From an uncultured Bacteroidales bacterium (GTDB lineage: Bacteria > Bacteroidota > Bacteroidia > Bacteroidales > VadinHA17), in contig CAVTAA010000003.1 of assembly GCA_963732575.1 (NCBI GenBank), positions 66,537 through 130,536 of the forward strand: 64,000 nt of DNA. Direction: 5' to 3'. This document shows, piece after piece, positions 31,897-42,875 of the stretch. The position numbers were made by a program, and so were the translations under genes. Position 1 is the stretch's first letter. The number at the start of each line of letters is the position of its first letter. The notes beneath the pieces are model-generated. The model had not been told where the DNA came from, did no database searches, and worked only from the letters and a program-made list of their open reading frames with translations.

Positions 31897-34800
31897 CAGC
31901 CTGTGCATATTCTTTCACCTGGAATACAAACGCCTGGAGCCTGGTGTCAAGTGATACCGTATCCTGTCCGTCATAAGGAATATTTATGAACGGAATGTTG
32001 TTATAGTCTTTACGGAATGAATCACTAACTGACGCAACAAGGGTCCCGGGCATACATGTGAAAGGCAGTATCGCGGCAATTCCTGCTACGCCCCTGGAGG
32101 CGAGGGCGGCTGATGATCCCATTGCTATCGGGGGATCACCGTCATAGAACTCACTTACGTATTTGTTGCTAAGCTCCAGCATTTCCTCAAGCGAAACATC
32201 CAGTTTTGTGTCAGTGTATTTGTGAATACCGTGAAGGAGGTACTCAACAATGACTTCCTGCCCAACACCCTGTATCTTTGATTTTATCAGTCCTTTGGTG
32301 TCATTTTTCCATTTGCTGTCGCGTGTATAGCGATGGGTGGAATACGTTATCCATTCCGAGAACGGGCCTATCAGGACTTCCACGCCGAGTGCCTCAAGCC
32401 TGTTGGCGATATTACCGTTACAGCCAGCATTGTCGCGCATGTAAACCTCTCCCAGGATTGCCACAACAGGTCTCCTGTGGCTTCTGTCGGCCTGTATAGC
32501 CATGAAGTTGTTGGCTACCTCAACCAATACCTTTCTCAGGCCTCTGGATCCGTTTTCGATGGATTTTTCAATTTTCCTCAGTGAGGCTTCATAGACAGCA
32601 TCCGTTTCGCCTTTGTTTATTTCATAAGGTCGTATTTCCCTGTAAAGTTTCCTTACATAGTCAAACGAGACAAAGCCTTTCCAGGCATTGATCCTGAACT
32701 TCTGGCTTTGATCACCTGCAAGGTCAGCATATGATGTGTCGTTTGACGGGGTAACGAGCTCCGCATCCTTAAACCCGAGCCTGTCAAACAGTATCCTCTG
32801 GAACTGGTTATACTGGCCGAAACGGCACGGGCCGTTATGGTCGGGCATGAAGAAGCTCATCTTTGACGGGTCAGCGCCTGGCTCCATCAGCTTTTTAAGG
32901 AAGCTGCCTGTTGTGCAGATCATCGGGAAGCACTCTTTTGAGGAGGTGTACTTTCTTCCGAGAGCAATCTCCACTTCAGTCTGTTTGGGCAATACCTCTG
33001 AAGGAATGCCGACGCTTCTGGCCGCAGCTGCAACGAAGGCTGCACCGTCATGCATATAAGGAAAATAGAGAGTCCTGTTGGCAGGCGGAGCGGAGGGGCT
33101 GGGCCGTGGTCTGTGTATTGTCACAGCTTTCTTCGCATTCATTTCAGAGCCCTTAAGGCTGTCGAGGAAAGCCTCGATACGGGTGACCATTCCGGCATCA
33201 GCGGAGTGCTCATCCACTTCAAGATGCAGGAAGGGTTTGCCTTTCAGCTCTTCTGTGACATAATGCCATATGAATGAATCAGGACCGCATCTGAAATTAC
33301 TGATATAGACTGCATACATACCTTCTGTTTTTGAGACAAACTGGGCTGCAGCAATCATCTTCTGACCGTTTGGCCAGTACATGTTCCTGTAATTACCGTA
33401 GATCTTGTATGATGAAAGGTCAAGCATGTCAAGCGGGATAGGCATGACATCCTGCACAAGCAGTTTTTCCGTCAGATCAAGGTTAAGATGCGGATCGGCA
33501 CTGTTGTAAGGCCTTCCGAGGATCACCACCGGGCGGCACTTTTCAGGGATATTCTTCAGCGCTTCCCTGCCGTATTCAACAAGACCCTTTTCAAATGAGA
33601 CCTGAACTCCGTCAGCCTTATAAATAGCATTCTTTATATCTTCTTTTTTCAATCCGAACTTCTCACTGAAAAATGCTGACAGTTCTTTTACCAGGGCACG
33701 TTCAAAGTACCTGAAGTGGAGGGTGGGAGTGAGGAACTTTGATTCGTCAACCTTACCTTTGAGGGCAGCCTTGACCATAAACGGAAATGACTGTATCCAT
33801 GGGCAGTTAGTGTTGGATGTTGTGTCTCCCTCGCGGTATTTCCCGTTGACTACAAACGGCATGAATACGATAATCGACGTTTTTCTCGAGCAGATCGATC
33901 ACATGACCGTGCATAAGCTCAACAGGAAGACAGGTCTCTGATGAGATGGTCTCAATTGAACGCGAGACCAGTGCCTTATCGGATTCCCTTGAAACAACCA
34001 CGTTAAATCCAAGCTCCTGGAAGAAGGTCCTCCAGAACGGGAACTGCTGGTAATAAACCATGAGGGCCCGTGGAATGCCTATGGTTGTTTTTCCGTTAGC
34101 CTCTGTCTCCTCATAGTCACCACGAAGCATTTCGAGTCTCTTACTGAAGAGGTTTGGTATGTGTCCGGTATTCTTCTTACGGCCGTCAGTCTCATATTTT
34201 TCACAGCGCCCGCCGTAGTACAGTGATTTCTTCTCGCCTGTGATGTTAATCCTGCTTATTTCGCAGTTGTTGACGCAGCTCTTGCAGACAAACCTGCTCA
34301 TCTCATAGGTCACATTACGTACGCCAAAGCCCTTGAAGGTGGTCTTCTGCCCTTCTGTCATCGATCTCTGTGCAAGGATGGCGGCGCCTATTGCACCGGT
34401 CACGTCAAAGTGCGGCGGTATGGTGATCTTTTTTCCGGTTACCTGCTCGAAGGCGGCCACAACAGCCTTATTGTTTGTAACACCTCCCTGGAAAAAGATC
34501 TTGTTACCGACCTTCCGGTCTGCAACTACTTTCTGCAGGTAATTGTAAACGATGGAATATGCAAGTCCTCCGACCAGATTATCGTTTTTAGCGCCCTTCT
34601 GCATAAAGGAGTTAAGGTCTGATTCCATGAACACCGTGCAGCGGTCACCCAGCTTGACGGGACTTTCTGACTTGAGAGCCATGTTCCCGAATTGCTCAAC
34701 GATCCTGATATTGAGTTTCTCAGCCTGCTCCTCGAGGAATGATCCTGTGCCGGCGGCACAGACTTTGTTCATCTCGAAGTCTACCACCACCCCGTTTTCA

Positions 34801-36128
34801 ATGCTGATATATTTTGAATCCTGTCCGCCGATCTCAAATATCGTATCAACGGTGGGATCATAGTCAATGGCGGCGGTTGCCTGCGCCGTTATTTCATTCT
34901 GGATTGTATCTGCCCCTATGAAATCACCTGTCAGGTACCGGCCTGAGCCCGTCGTTCCCGCACCGATGACTTCCACATGCTCTCCTATCTCATCATAAAT
35001 CTCTGTCATCCCTCTCTGGATGGCATCCAATGGCTTGCCCGCTGTCGGGAGGTAACGCCTGGCAACAACGTTATGCTTTTTGTCAATCAGAACGACGTTT
35101 GTACTCAGTGAGCCTACATCGATGCCAAGGTACACAGGCAGTTTATCGGTTCCGTTCTTGTGGAATTTTATTTCCTTATTGTATATTGCTTCTGACTCTA
35201 TGAGCTGTGGCAGGCTTACAAATTTGGATGCGTGTTTCTTAAGATAGGCCTGCAGCTCATCAAGACCTTTAAAAGGATTACTATCCAGCTTGCTGGAGTG
35301 GCTGTACATCACTGCCCCGATGGCACCCATTGATGCATGGTGAGTGGGTATGATAAGCTCATCTCCTTTAAGGTCAAGCACTTCCCTGAACGCTCTAACC
35401 ATTCCTATATTTGCTGCCACGCCTCCTGAGAAGATGACAGGTTTCTTGATCTCCTTGCTGCGGGCGACGGTGCTGCGGAAATTACGTGCAAGCGCAAAGC
35501 ACAGTCCTGCTACAATATCATGCAGGGGGGTGGCCAGCTGTTGGTGATGTATCATGTCGCTTTTTGCGAATACACTGCATCTGCCTGCAATGCGCGGCGG
35601 ATTGACCGATTTCATGGCCATCTCACCGAACTCCTTCTCGATAGGGACACCTATTCTTTTTGCCTGTTGGTCAAGGAATGATCCTGTACCTGCGGCACAG
35701 ATGCTGTTCATCTCAAAGTCAACGAGCCTGGCGTGATCATCCCCGGGATTCTTCTCAAGGTTAATCAGTTTGGAGTCTTCGCCCCCGATCTCAATTACCG
35801 TCCGTGCCTCAGGGTAGAGCCTGCCTGCTGATGTGGCCTGCGCAATGATCTCATTTACAAATACGCCCCCGATTAGTCCTGCGGCCAGCTTACCGCCTGT
35901 GCCAGTAAGTGCAATGCTTTTTATGGTGGCAGCCGGATATTTTTTCAGTATAGATGAGAACCTGTCATAAAGCATATTGAAAGGTTTACCATGAACGTAG
36001 TCATAGTAATCTTCAATGATGTTATAGTTATCATCCAGAAGAACCGTATTGAGAGAAACTGATCCGATGTCAAGTCCGATATAAAACGACTGACCTGAAA
36101 TGTCAGGAGAAGCTTTTGTATTAGCCAT
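31868..36128 (-). CDS. Acyl-CoA dehydratase activase (two BadF/BadG/BcrA/BcrD ATPase domains + DUF2229), one gene split by apparent frameshift near 33866
   Basis: Two CAAGTGSFL and two EIGGxDSK motifs; KNVDY|VFMPF joins the two ORFs if one base is removed. Confidence 0.85.
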
Positions 36129-36222
36129 GATTAACAATTTAGTAAAGAAAAGTCCGATCTACCTTTATCAAGCCGTGAAGTTAAGGATTTTCAGCAAAAA
36201 ATGCACATCCCTGTTGTCACTG

Positions 36223-36234
36223 TGATATATATCA
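36223..36234. promoter_or_regulatory. Possible Crp/Fnr-family site upstream of activase
   Basis: Perfect palindrome TGATATATATCA (TGAT-N4-ATCA). Confidence 0.4.
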
Positions 36235-36325
36235 TGTCTCTCATCCATCACAGCAGAATGGCTTCTTCCTACCCCGACATAGCATGTCAGGACCTAACGG
36301 CCGGCCCGGCTCGTTGCCCGGCCAA

Positions 36326-36363
36326 TGCGTGAATGATGTAAATCATTTGCTGAATTGTGTAAA
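36326..36363 (+). promoter_or_regulatory. Regulon box 1
   Basis: TGCGTGAATGATGTAAATCATTTGCTGAATTGTGTAAA; TAGTTTTG 20 nt downstream (36384). Confidence 0.75.
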
Positions 36364-36414
36364 TTATTGAAGTCAGGGTGTGGTAGTTTTGACCGCTAAC
36401 TATAACGCTATACC

Positions 36415-38016
36415 ATGCGGAAGAAAATAATTTTAAAAATATTTATTGCAGCGTGCACTCTTGTGTTGCTGGTAGAAATTATGACCACAATTTTTATTGA
36501 GCCCTGGATCGGGGGAAAAATACGCTCAGAATTGAATAAAGAAGTAAGAAATTACATCGTTGAAATAGACAAGGTTAGCATTTTGATTGTCAAGTCAGGG
36601 ATAAAACTGACAGGAATGACAATATTTTCAAATCCGGAGAATGTAGGAGACCGCGATTTAATCGGTGAGATAGCGTCTGTAAAATTGACAGGCATCAACC
36701 TCCTCAGAGCAATATTTAAACATGATATTTATATTAATAAAGTAAACTTTTCCAATAGCATTATTAACGGTAAATTTCCATTCCCGGGCAGAGCAACACA
36801 GCCGGTAGTTTCACCAATGAGTCTCGGTATAGGCAAAATCCTGTTTGATAAACTGAACCTGGAACTGGAGGACAATTCAACGGGGCAGACTTATTCAGTA
36901 AAGGATGGGATGCTGAAAGTTTACGATTTGCAGGTCGGGAAGATGGATACCTTACTCCCAGGCACCATTAAGCTGTTTGATTTCAGAGCCCGGGAACTCA
37001 TTCTGGTTTCCTCTGACAAAATGTATTCTTATGTGGTAAAGGGGGTCAGCTATCCTGCCAATGTGAACACTTTGTTCATAGACAGCCTTTTTGTCAGACC
37101 AAATTACACAAACTATGATTTCACATCGAGGTATGCATTCCAGACCAACCGTATCGAAGTTGCCCTAACCGACATTTATGTTTACGATCTCGATTCTGAA
37201 GATTATCTCAGATCAATGAGCCTTACAAGCCCGTATATCGAAATCGGGCAAATGGACATGAAAGTTTTTCGTGACAAGAGAGTAAAATTCCAGCATATTA
37301 ATAAGCCCGCCTTCCAGGATATCCTTTACGACTTTCCCCACGCCTTCCTGATTGATTCAATTATTCTTAAGGAAGGTAATATATCTTTTACAGTACATTC
37401 TGAAGAGGCAAACGAGCCAGGAATTGTAAGATTCAATGAAATTAATGCCAGCCTTTACAAAATAACAAATGACACCAGCTACAAAACAGAAAAAGGTTTT
37501 TTAGAAATCAAGGCTGATGCCCTGTTAATGGGCAAGGGAAAGATGGCCGTTCATTTGAAAGAGAGAATATTTGACAGTAATAATGTATTTTCACTTGAAG
37601 GAACTCTTTCAGGTCTTGAAGCCAGTGAATTAAATCCAATCCTCGAAAAAAGTGCCTTTTTTTATGCCACTTCCGGAAGAATAGATGCATTGAGTTTCAG
37701 CTTTATTGCAAATAATGACAGGGCAGCCGGTAAAATGATCATGCTTTATCATGGGCTGGACATCGCAGTTAAGAACAAACAGACTGATGATACAACAGCG
37801 CTCAGAGAAAGATTTGTCTCCTATATAGCTAACCGAAGAATACCAGATTCAAACCCCGTGCAGGGGGAAGACGTCAGAGAGGGGACAATAGATTATATAA
37901 GAGATCCTGAAAGATCTGTTTTGCATTACTGCTTCAGATCTGTTCTTTCAGGAATTACTTCAACCCTGGCTGACGGCAATAAGAAGATGGAAGCTAAACT
38001 GGCAGGAATGAAGTAA
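36415..38016 (+). CDS. AsmA/DUF748-like membrane-anchored protein
   Basis: N-terminal TM, beta-rich body, C-terminal RDPERSVLHY pattern. Confidence 0.55.
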   Translation: MRKKIILKIFIAACTLVLLVEIMTTIFIEPWIGGKIRSELNKEVRNYIVEIDKVSILIVKSGIKLTGMTIFSNPENVGDRDLIGEIASVKLTGINLLRAIFKHDIYINKVNFSNSIINGKFPFPGRATQPVVSPMSLGIGKILFDKLNLELEDNSTGQTYSVKDGMLKVYDLQVGKMDTLLPGTIKLFDFRARELILVSSDKMYSYVVKGVSYPANVNTLFIDSLFVRPNYTNYDFTSRYAFQTNRIEVALTDIYVYDLDSEDYLRSMSLTSPYIEIGQMDMKVFRDKRVKFQHINKPAFQDILYDFPHAFLIDSIILKEGNISFTVHSEEANEPGIVRFNEINASLYKITNDTSYKTEKGFLEIKADALLMGKGKMAVHLKERIFDSNNVFSLEGTLSGLEASELNPILEKSAFFYATSGRIDALSFSFIANNDRAAGKMIMLYHGLDIAVKNKQTDDTTALRERFVSYIANRRIPDSNPVQGEDVREGTIDYIRDPERSVLHYCFRSVLSGITSTLADGNKKMEAKLAGMK

Positions 38017-38060
38017 CTTTTTAAAGGCAGACCATTTGAATTCTGAAGGTAATCAGGCAC

Positions 38061-38276
38061 TCACCATTTCCTTTTGGAGACTACCCACCCGAGCAGAAAA
38101 CCCAGACCCAGGCTGATCAGAATCTGCCCCCAGCGCAAACTGACGGTTCCCATTGAACTGTTGCCATGCCCCATCCCTTTTAGCCAGGGTCCTCCGCCCA
38201 AAAGCAGGAAGGCAATTATAATAATTGCAGCTGCAATTAAATAGTAAATTATTCTTCTGTCTCTTCTTGTGCTCAT
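38061..38276 (-). CDS. Small two-TM membrane protein
   Basis: Two hydrophobic helices; directly downstream of box 2 promoter. Confidence 0.7.
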   Translation of the reverse strand: MSTRRDRRIIYYLIAAAIIIIAFLLLGGGPWLKGMGHGNSSMGTVSLRWGQILISLGLGFLLGWVVSKRKW

Positions 38277-38370
38277 GATTTTCTCCTTATAAGTTTATTT
38301 TTGGCATTAATTGTTATTGCGGGAAGTGTCCGGCAACAAAGCAAAGGTAGGCAGCAAAGCCAGCGGAACT

Positions 38371-38408
38371 GTTACACTTTTGGTTTACATATTTACATAA
38401 TTCACAGA
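38371..38408 (-). promoter_or_regulatory. Regulon box 2
   Basis: Reverse complement TCTGTGAATTATGTAAATATGTAAACCAAAAGTGTAAC; TACCTTTG 21 nt downstream. Confidence 0.8.
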
Positions 38409-38426
38409 ACTTCAGTTCCATTTTAA

Positions 38427-38464
38427 TACGTGAATTATGTAACAAGTAAATACAATTATGTAAC
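38427..38464 (+). promoter_or_regulatory. Regulon box 3
   Basis: TACGTGAATTATGTAACAAGTAAATACAATTATGTAAC; CACCTTTA 21 nt downstream. Confidence 0.8.
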
Positions 38465-38550
38465 ATTTCATCAATAAATAACCCGCACCTTTACAATTGA
38501 TTATAAGCTCCTTAATCTAAAAGGAGGTATCGAAAACTAATAAAAGACAA

Positions 38551-39117
38551 ATGAAAAAAGCAATGAAGTTTCTGATCATATTAATTACTGCAATAATGAT
38601 AACTGGTGTTGTCAGTGCACAGCACGGCAACGCACCTGCAGGACATGTAACCCTTGGTATAAAGGGCGGGCTGAATTTTTACAACATAAATAATGACAAC
38701 AATACCAGTTACGACCAGCGAACTGGATATAATTTTGGTTTGCTTGGCCATATCCACCGAAACAGCCAGTGGGCATTTCAGCCTGAACTTGTTTATTCCG
38801 CTCAGGGTGCAAAAAATAATAATCTCGGTTATATTAATATACCTGTCCTGATTCAGTATATGTTTGACAACGGATTCAGAATACAAGCCGGCCCGCAGCT
38901 GGGTTTTCTTGTAAGTTCAGACAATGATGTCGATTATAATCCCGTTGACTTTGCAATAAGTGTTGGTGTGAGCTATGTAGTTCCAGCGACGGGTTTTGGT
39001 CTTGATTTAAGATATAATCATGGCTTAAACGATATAAATAAAAGCAGTGAAGTAAAAGCAACCAACAGGGGAATTCAGTTTGGCCTGTTTTACCTTTTTG
39101 GCCATAGCACAAGGTAG
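38551..39117 (+). CDS. Porin family outer membrane beta-barrel protein
   Basis: Signal peptide, GIKGGLN, FQPELVYSAQG, RYNHGL. Confidence 0.8.
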   Translation: MKKAMKFLIILITAIMITGVVSAQHGNAPAGHVTLGIKGGLNFYNINNDNNTSYDQRTGYNFGLLGHIHRNSQWAFQPELVYSAQGAKNNNLGYINIPVLIQYMFDNGFRIQAGPQLGFLVSSDNDVDYNPVDFAISVGVSYVVPATGFGLDLRYNHGLNDINKSSEVKATNRGIQFGLFYLFGHSTR

Positions 39118-39368
39118 TCATCTGAAAGCCCTGGCTTTCGCTGAATCTTTATATATCATTGAACTGGCCTGCCAGAACAATGATATCTTTTTCCCCTTGT
39201 TGTAAATCAACTCCATAAGAGAGATTTACTTTCTAGTTCCTCCTGAAGACAGAAGTTGAAACTCTCTTTTGGAGGATTTTTTTGATCAGGGGCCGGCAAG
39301 CGATCTGTTTGTTTTTTCAAATAAAATGCTAATTTTGAAGAAGTAACTACACTTGTATACCCGGTACA

Positions 39369-39929
39369 TTGAAGCTCTATATCAAAAATATGGTTAGCCT
39401 CCGTTGCATAATGCTGGTGAAATCGGAGCTGGAAAAGGCGGGTTTGCATTATGGTTCAGTCGAATTGTGCGAGGCTGAAATAATAGAGGATATTTCACCG
39501 GAGCAGCGCGAAAACCTCTCAATTGCCCTTGAAAAGACCGGGCTTGAGGTGATGCAGGACAAAAAAAGCATCCTGGTTGAAAGAATAAAAGCAGTTATCA
39601 TTGACCTGGTGCATAATACCGATGAGCAGATCAAAATAAACCTTTCCACCCACCTGAGCGAGAAACTCAATCACAATTACACCTATCTGGGAAACCTTTT
39701 TTCAGAAGTAAGGGGGGTTACCATTGAGAAGTTTTACCTGGCGCACAAAATTGAGAAGGTAAAAGAACTGCTTATATATGATGAACTCAATCTCACCGAA
39801 ATAGCCTGGAAACTGCATTACAGCAGTGTAGCCCATCTTTCAAACCAGTTCAGGAAAATGACCGGGCTTACCCCGTCTCAGTTTAAGAAACTGAAGAACA
39901 AAAAACCTCAGGGTTTGGAAAATGTGTGA
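39369..39929 (+). CDS. AraC family transcriptional regulator (short N-terminal IKNMVSLRC domain)
   Basis: YTYLGNLFSE, LTEIAWKLHYSSVAHLSNQFRKMTGLTPS; TTG start; plain TAATTTTG promoter at 39330. Confidence 0.92.
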   Translation: MKLYIKNMVSLRCIMLVKSELEKAGLHYGSVELCEAEIIEDISPEQRENLSIALEKTGLEVMQDKKSILVERIKAVIIDLVHNTDEQIKINLSTHLSEKLNHNYTYLGNLFSEVRGVTIEKFYLAHKIEKVKELLIYDELNLTEIAWKLHYSSVAHLSNQFRKMTGLTPSQFKKLKNKKPQGLENV

Positions 39930-39960
39930 ATAATGTAACTTTTTCCTGAAATTATGTAAA
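39923..39960 (+). promoter_or_regulatory. Regulon box 4 (overlaps AraC stop codon; upstream of small ORF and kaiC)
   Basis: TGTGTGAATAATGTAACTTTTTCCTGAAATTATGTAAA; CAACTTTG 21 nt downstream. Confidence 0.8.
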
Positions 39961-40026
39961 GTTTCTGAGTTTAAAGGACTTCAACTTTGTATTGTAGTTT
40001 GAACTCACTTTACACCGACTTTGTCC

Positions 40027-40176
40027 ATGATCATGAAAACAAGGGATGATTTATCTACTGCGGAGTTTAAAGCCCGATCAAAGCTTAAATCTGCCATTTT
40101 AATTGCCTCCAGCCTTTCAATGTGCGTATGCCTGGTTTTAGGCTCTATTATTTATTTAATCCATAGACTAGCCTAG
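40027..40176 (+). CDS. Putative 49-aa single-TM small protein
   Basis: MIMKTRDDLSTAEFKARSKLKSAILIASSLSMCVCLVLGSIIYLIHRLA; first ORF after box 4; below ORF-track cutoff. Confidence 0.5.
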   Translation: MIMKTRDDLSTAEFKARSKLKSAILIASSLSMCVCLVLGSIIYLIHRLA

Positions 40177-40348
40177 TGTCAGTATTAATCCTGCCACTCC
40201 GGTTATTACCAGTACCTGACTCGTTCGAAAAGCCAGTGACTTTGAGCAGGGTTGGCGGATCAGATTGAACAGCAAAACCGGAATTAAGTACGTATTGTTT
40301 AGCGATGTATACACCTGTAATCTTATTTGACTTTATAATTGAAAATCA

Positions 40349-42084
40349 ATGAAAAAGGCAGAGCCCAAATCGTTAGAAAATATTCTTCTCAAATCTCCCA
40401 CCGGAATTCAGGGATTTGATGAAATAACAGGCGGTGGATTACCAACAGGCAGACCAACCCTGGTATGTGGCAGTGCCGGATGTGGAAAAACACTTTTCGG
40501 AATGGAGTTTCTGATACGTGGCACAACTCAGTTTAACGAACCGGGTGTATTTATGTCATTCGAGGAAACCAATGAAGAATTAATTAAAAATGTTGCTTCT
40601 CTCGGGTTTGATCTGGAAGACCTTATCAAACATAAAAAAATTGCACTTGACCATGTTCATATTGAGCGCAGCGAAATAGAAGAAACCGGTGAATACGATC
40701 TGGAAGGTTTATTCATACGCCTTAATTATGCTATTGATTCTATTGGGGCAAAGCGTGTCGTTTTGGACACTATCGAATCACTGTTTGCCGGATTGCCAAA
40801 CCAACTGATCCTGCGCGCTGAACTGCGGCGGTTATTTCGCTGGTTGAAAGATAAAGGTGTTACTGCAATTATTACAGGCGAGCGCGGAGATGAGACTCTT
40901 ACCAGGCAAGGGTTGGAAGAATATGTTTCAGATTGCGTTATTATGCTCGACCATCGTGTTACCGAACAGACCTCTACACGTCGTTTACGGGTTGTAAAGT
41001 ACCGTGGTTCTTTACATGGGACCAATGAGTATCCGTTTCTGATTGATGAAAACGGTTTTTCAGTATTACCGGTAACTTCGCTGGGATTAGGACATATTGT
41101 ATCAAACAAAAGAATCTCAAGCGGTATAACTGCACTTGATAAAATGCTTGAAGGAAAAGGTTATTACCGCGGTAGCACTGTACTTGTTTCAGGTACTGCA
41201 GGGGTAGGAAAAACAAGTGTGGCAGCTCACTTTGCAGAGGCGGCATGTAAACGAGGTGAACGTGTTCTTTATTTCTGTTTCGAAGAATCTCCAAACCAGC
41301 TTAATGCGCAATATGCGTTCCATTGGTATAAAATTAGAACCCTGGGTGCATAAAGGACTTTTGCAATTCCAGGCAACCCGGCCAACATTGTACGGCCTGG
41401 AAATGCATCTGGCTGTAACTCACAAAGCTGTAAATGCATTCAAACCTGATATTGTTATTCTGGATCCAATAAATACTTTCATCATTGGGGAAAAAGAGAA
41501 CGAAGTAAAAACAATGTTAATGCGTATTGTTGATTTTCTTAAAGCGAATCAAATAACGACATTGTTTACCAGCCTTACTTCAAGCGAAAGCGCGTTAGAA
41601 AGTTCTGATGTCGGAATATCATCCCTGATAGATACCTGGTTATTACTTCGCGATATAGAATTAAACGGTGAACGAAACAGGGGAATGTATGTTCTTAAAT
41701 CACGCGGAATGGCTAATTCTAACCAAATTCGTGAATTCATTTTAACTGACCACGGCGTAAAATTACGTGAGGTTTATATTGGTGCCAGTGGAGTTTTAAC
41801 CGGATCAGCCCGTATTGCACAGGAAGCTCTTGAAAATGCTGAAGTGTTGACACGGAAGCAAGATATTGAAAGCAAAAAACGTGAATTAGAACGAAAACGC
41901 AAGGCATTAGAGGCTACAGATTGCTACATTGAATGCCGATTTTGAATCGGAAGAATCCGAAGCTTTTAAAATGATAGAAACTGAACAGGAATTGATTAAA
42001 CGACTGGAACAGGATAAAATAGAAATGGCAGTCAGCAGAAAAGGAGCTAATGGAAGTAGTATAACCAGCAAAATGAAAAAATAA
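40349..42084 (+). CDS. kaiC: Double-domain KaiC (apparent frameshifts near 41300 and 41917)
   Basis: Two Walker A (GSAGCGKT, GTAGVGKT), FEE motifs, VVKYRGS and VLKSRG, ISSLIDTW phosphosite region, coiled-coil tail. Confidence 0.9.
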
Positions 42085-42100
42085 TTAAAACAAGTATCCT

Positions 42101-42444
42101 ATGAAACCAAAAAAGGGAAATCCAGGACAAAAAACTTAAAAAAAGAAAACACGGCTAAAACGGCAGATGATAAGTGGATCCTTCGTTTATACGTTGCAGG
42201 ACAATCTCCAAAAGCTCTTACAGCATTTGCAAATCTGAAAAAAATATGTGAAGAACAATTAAAGGGGAAATACTGAATTGAAGTAATTGATCTTTTGATA
42301 AATCCACAATTGGGAAACGAGGACCAGATTCTTGCCTTGCCAACATTAGTAAGAAAATTGCCGGTGCCTGTTCGTAAGATAATAGGTGATCTATCAGATA
42401 CAGAACGTGTTCTTGTCGGATTGGATTTAAAGCCTGTCATCTGA
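42101..42444 (+). pseudogene. kaiB: KaiB copy 1, disrupted in this sequence (N-terminal frameshift, in-frame TGA at 42274)
   Basis: Not in ORF track; [84 protein letters not shown]. Confidence 0.8.
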
Positions 42445-42476
42445 TTTATAAATGCAAAATTTTATCAGTTATAACC

Positions 42477-42830
42477 ATGAAAGAGAAAAAAACAAAAGCA
42501 AAAGGACCAGCGGCAAAGATGGATCTGGCAATGTCTGAATCCGGCAAGGATAAATATATTCTGCGTTTATACATCACCGGTACAACAAGTCGGTCAGTCC
42601 TGGCCCTTACAAACCTGAAAAAGATTTGCGAAGAGTATCTTGAAGGACAATACGAACTGGAAGTGATTGACCTTTATCGAATGCCAGGTTTAGCAAAAGA
42701 TGAACAGATAATTGCAGCCCCGACATTGATTAAAAAACTGCCTCTTCCATTCCGTCGAATCATTGGGGATATGTCAGACATTGAAAAAGTACTTATGGGA
42801 TTAGACCTTAAAAAGATAAAAGACCTGTAA
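42477..42830 (+). CDS. kaiB: KaiB copy 2
   Basis: YILRLYITG, LEVIDL, IIAAPTLIKKLPLPFRRIIGD. Confidence 0.93.
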   Translation: MKEKKTKAKGPAAKMDLAMSESGKDKYILRLYITGTTSRSVLALTNLKKICEEYLEGQYELEVIDLYRMPGLAKDEQIIAAPTLIKKLPLPFRRIIGDMSDIEKVLMGLDLKKIKDL

Positions 42831-42875
42831 GGTTTTGAGGAATTTCAGAACATTTGATTTATTATAAAGACGTCA

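Noticed and set aside
38508-38528. AAGGAGGT as Shine-Dalgarno for the porin gene
   Set aside because: It lies 22 nt from the ATG and pairs with upstream CTCCTT; more likely a 5'-UTR hairpin.
40188-40260. Possible structured RNA in the kaiC leader (ATCCTGCCA...TGGCGGAT)
   Set aside because: Only imperfect end-pairing and no recognisable riboswitch consensus; cannot be supported without covariance analysis.
42274-42276. Selenocysteine or recoded TGA in kaiB
   Set aside because: The position is not a Cys site in KaiB, no convincing SECIS hairpin follows, and TGA is used as a normal stop throughout the window.
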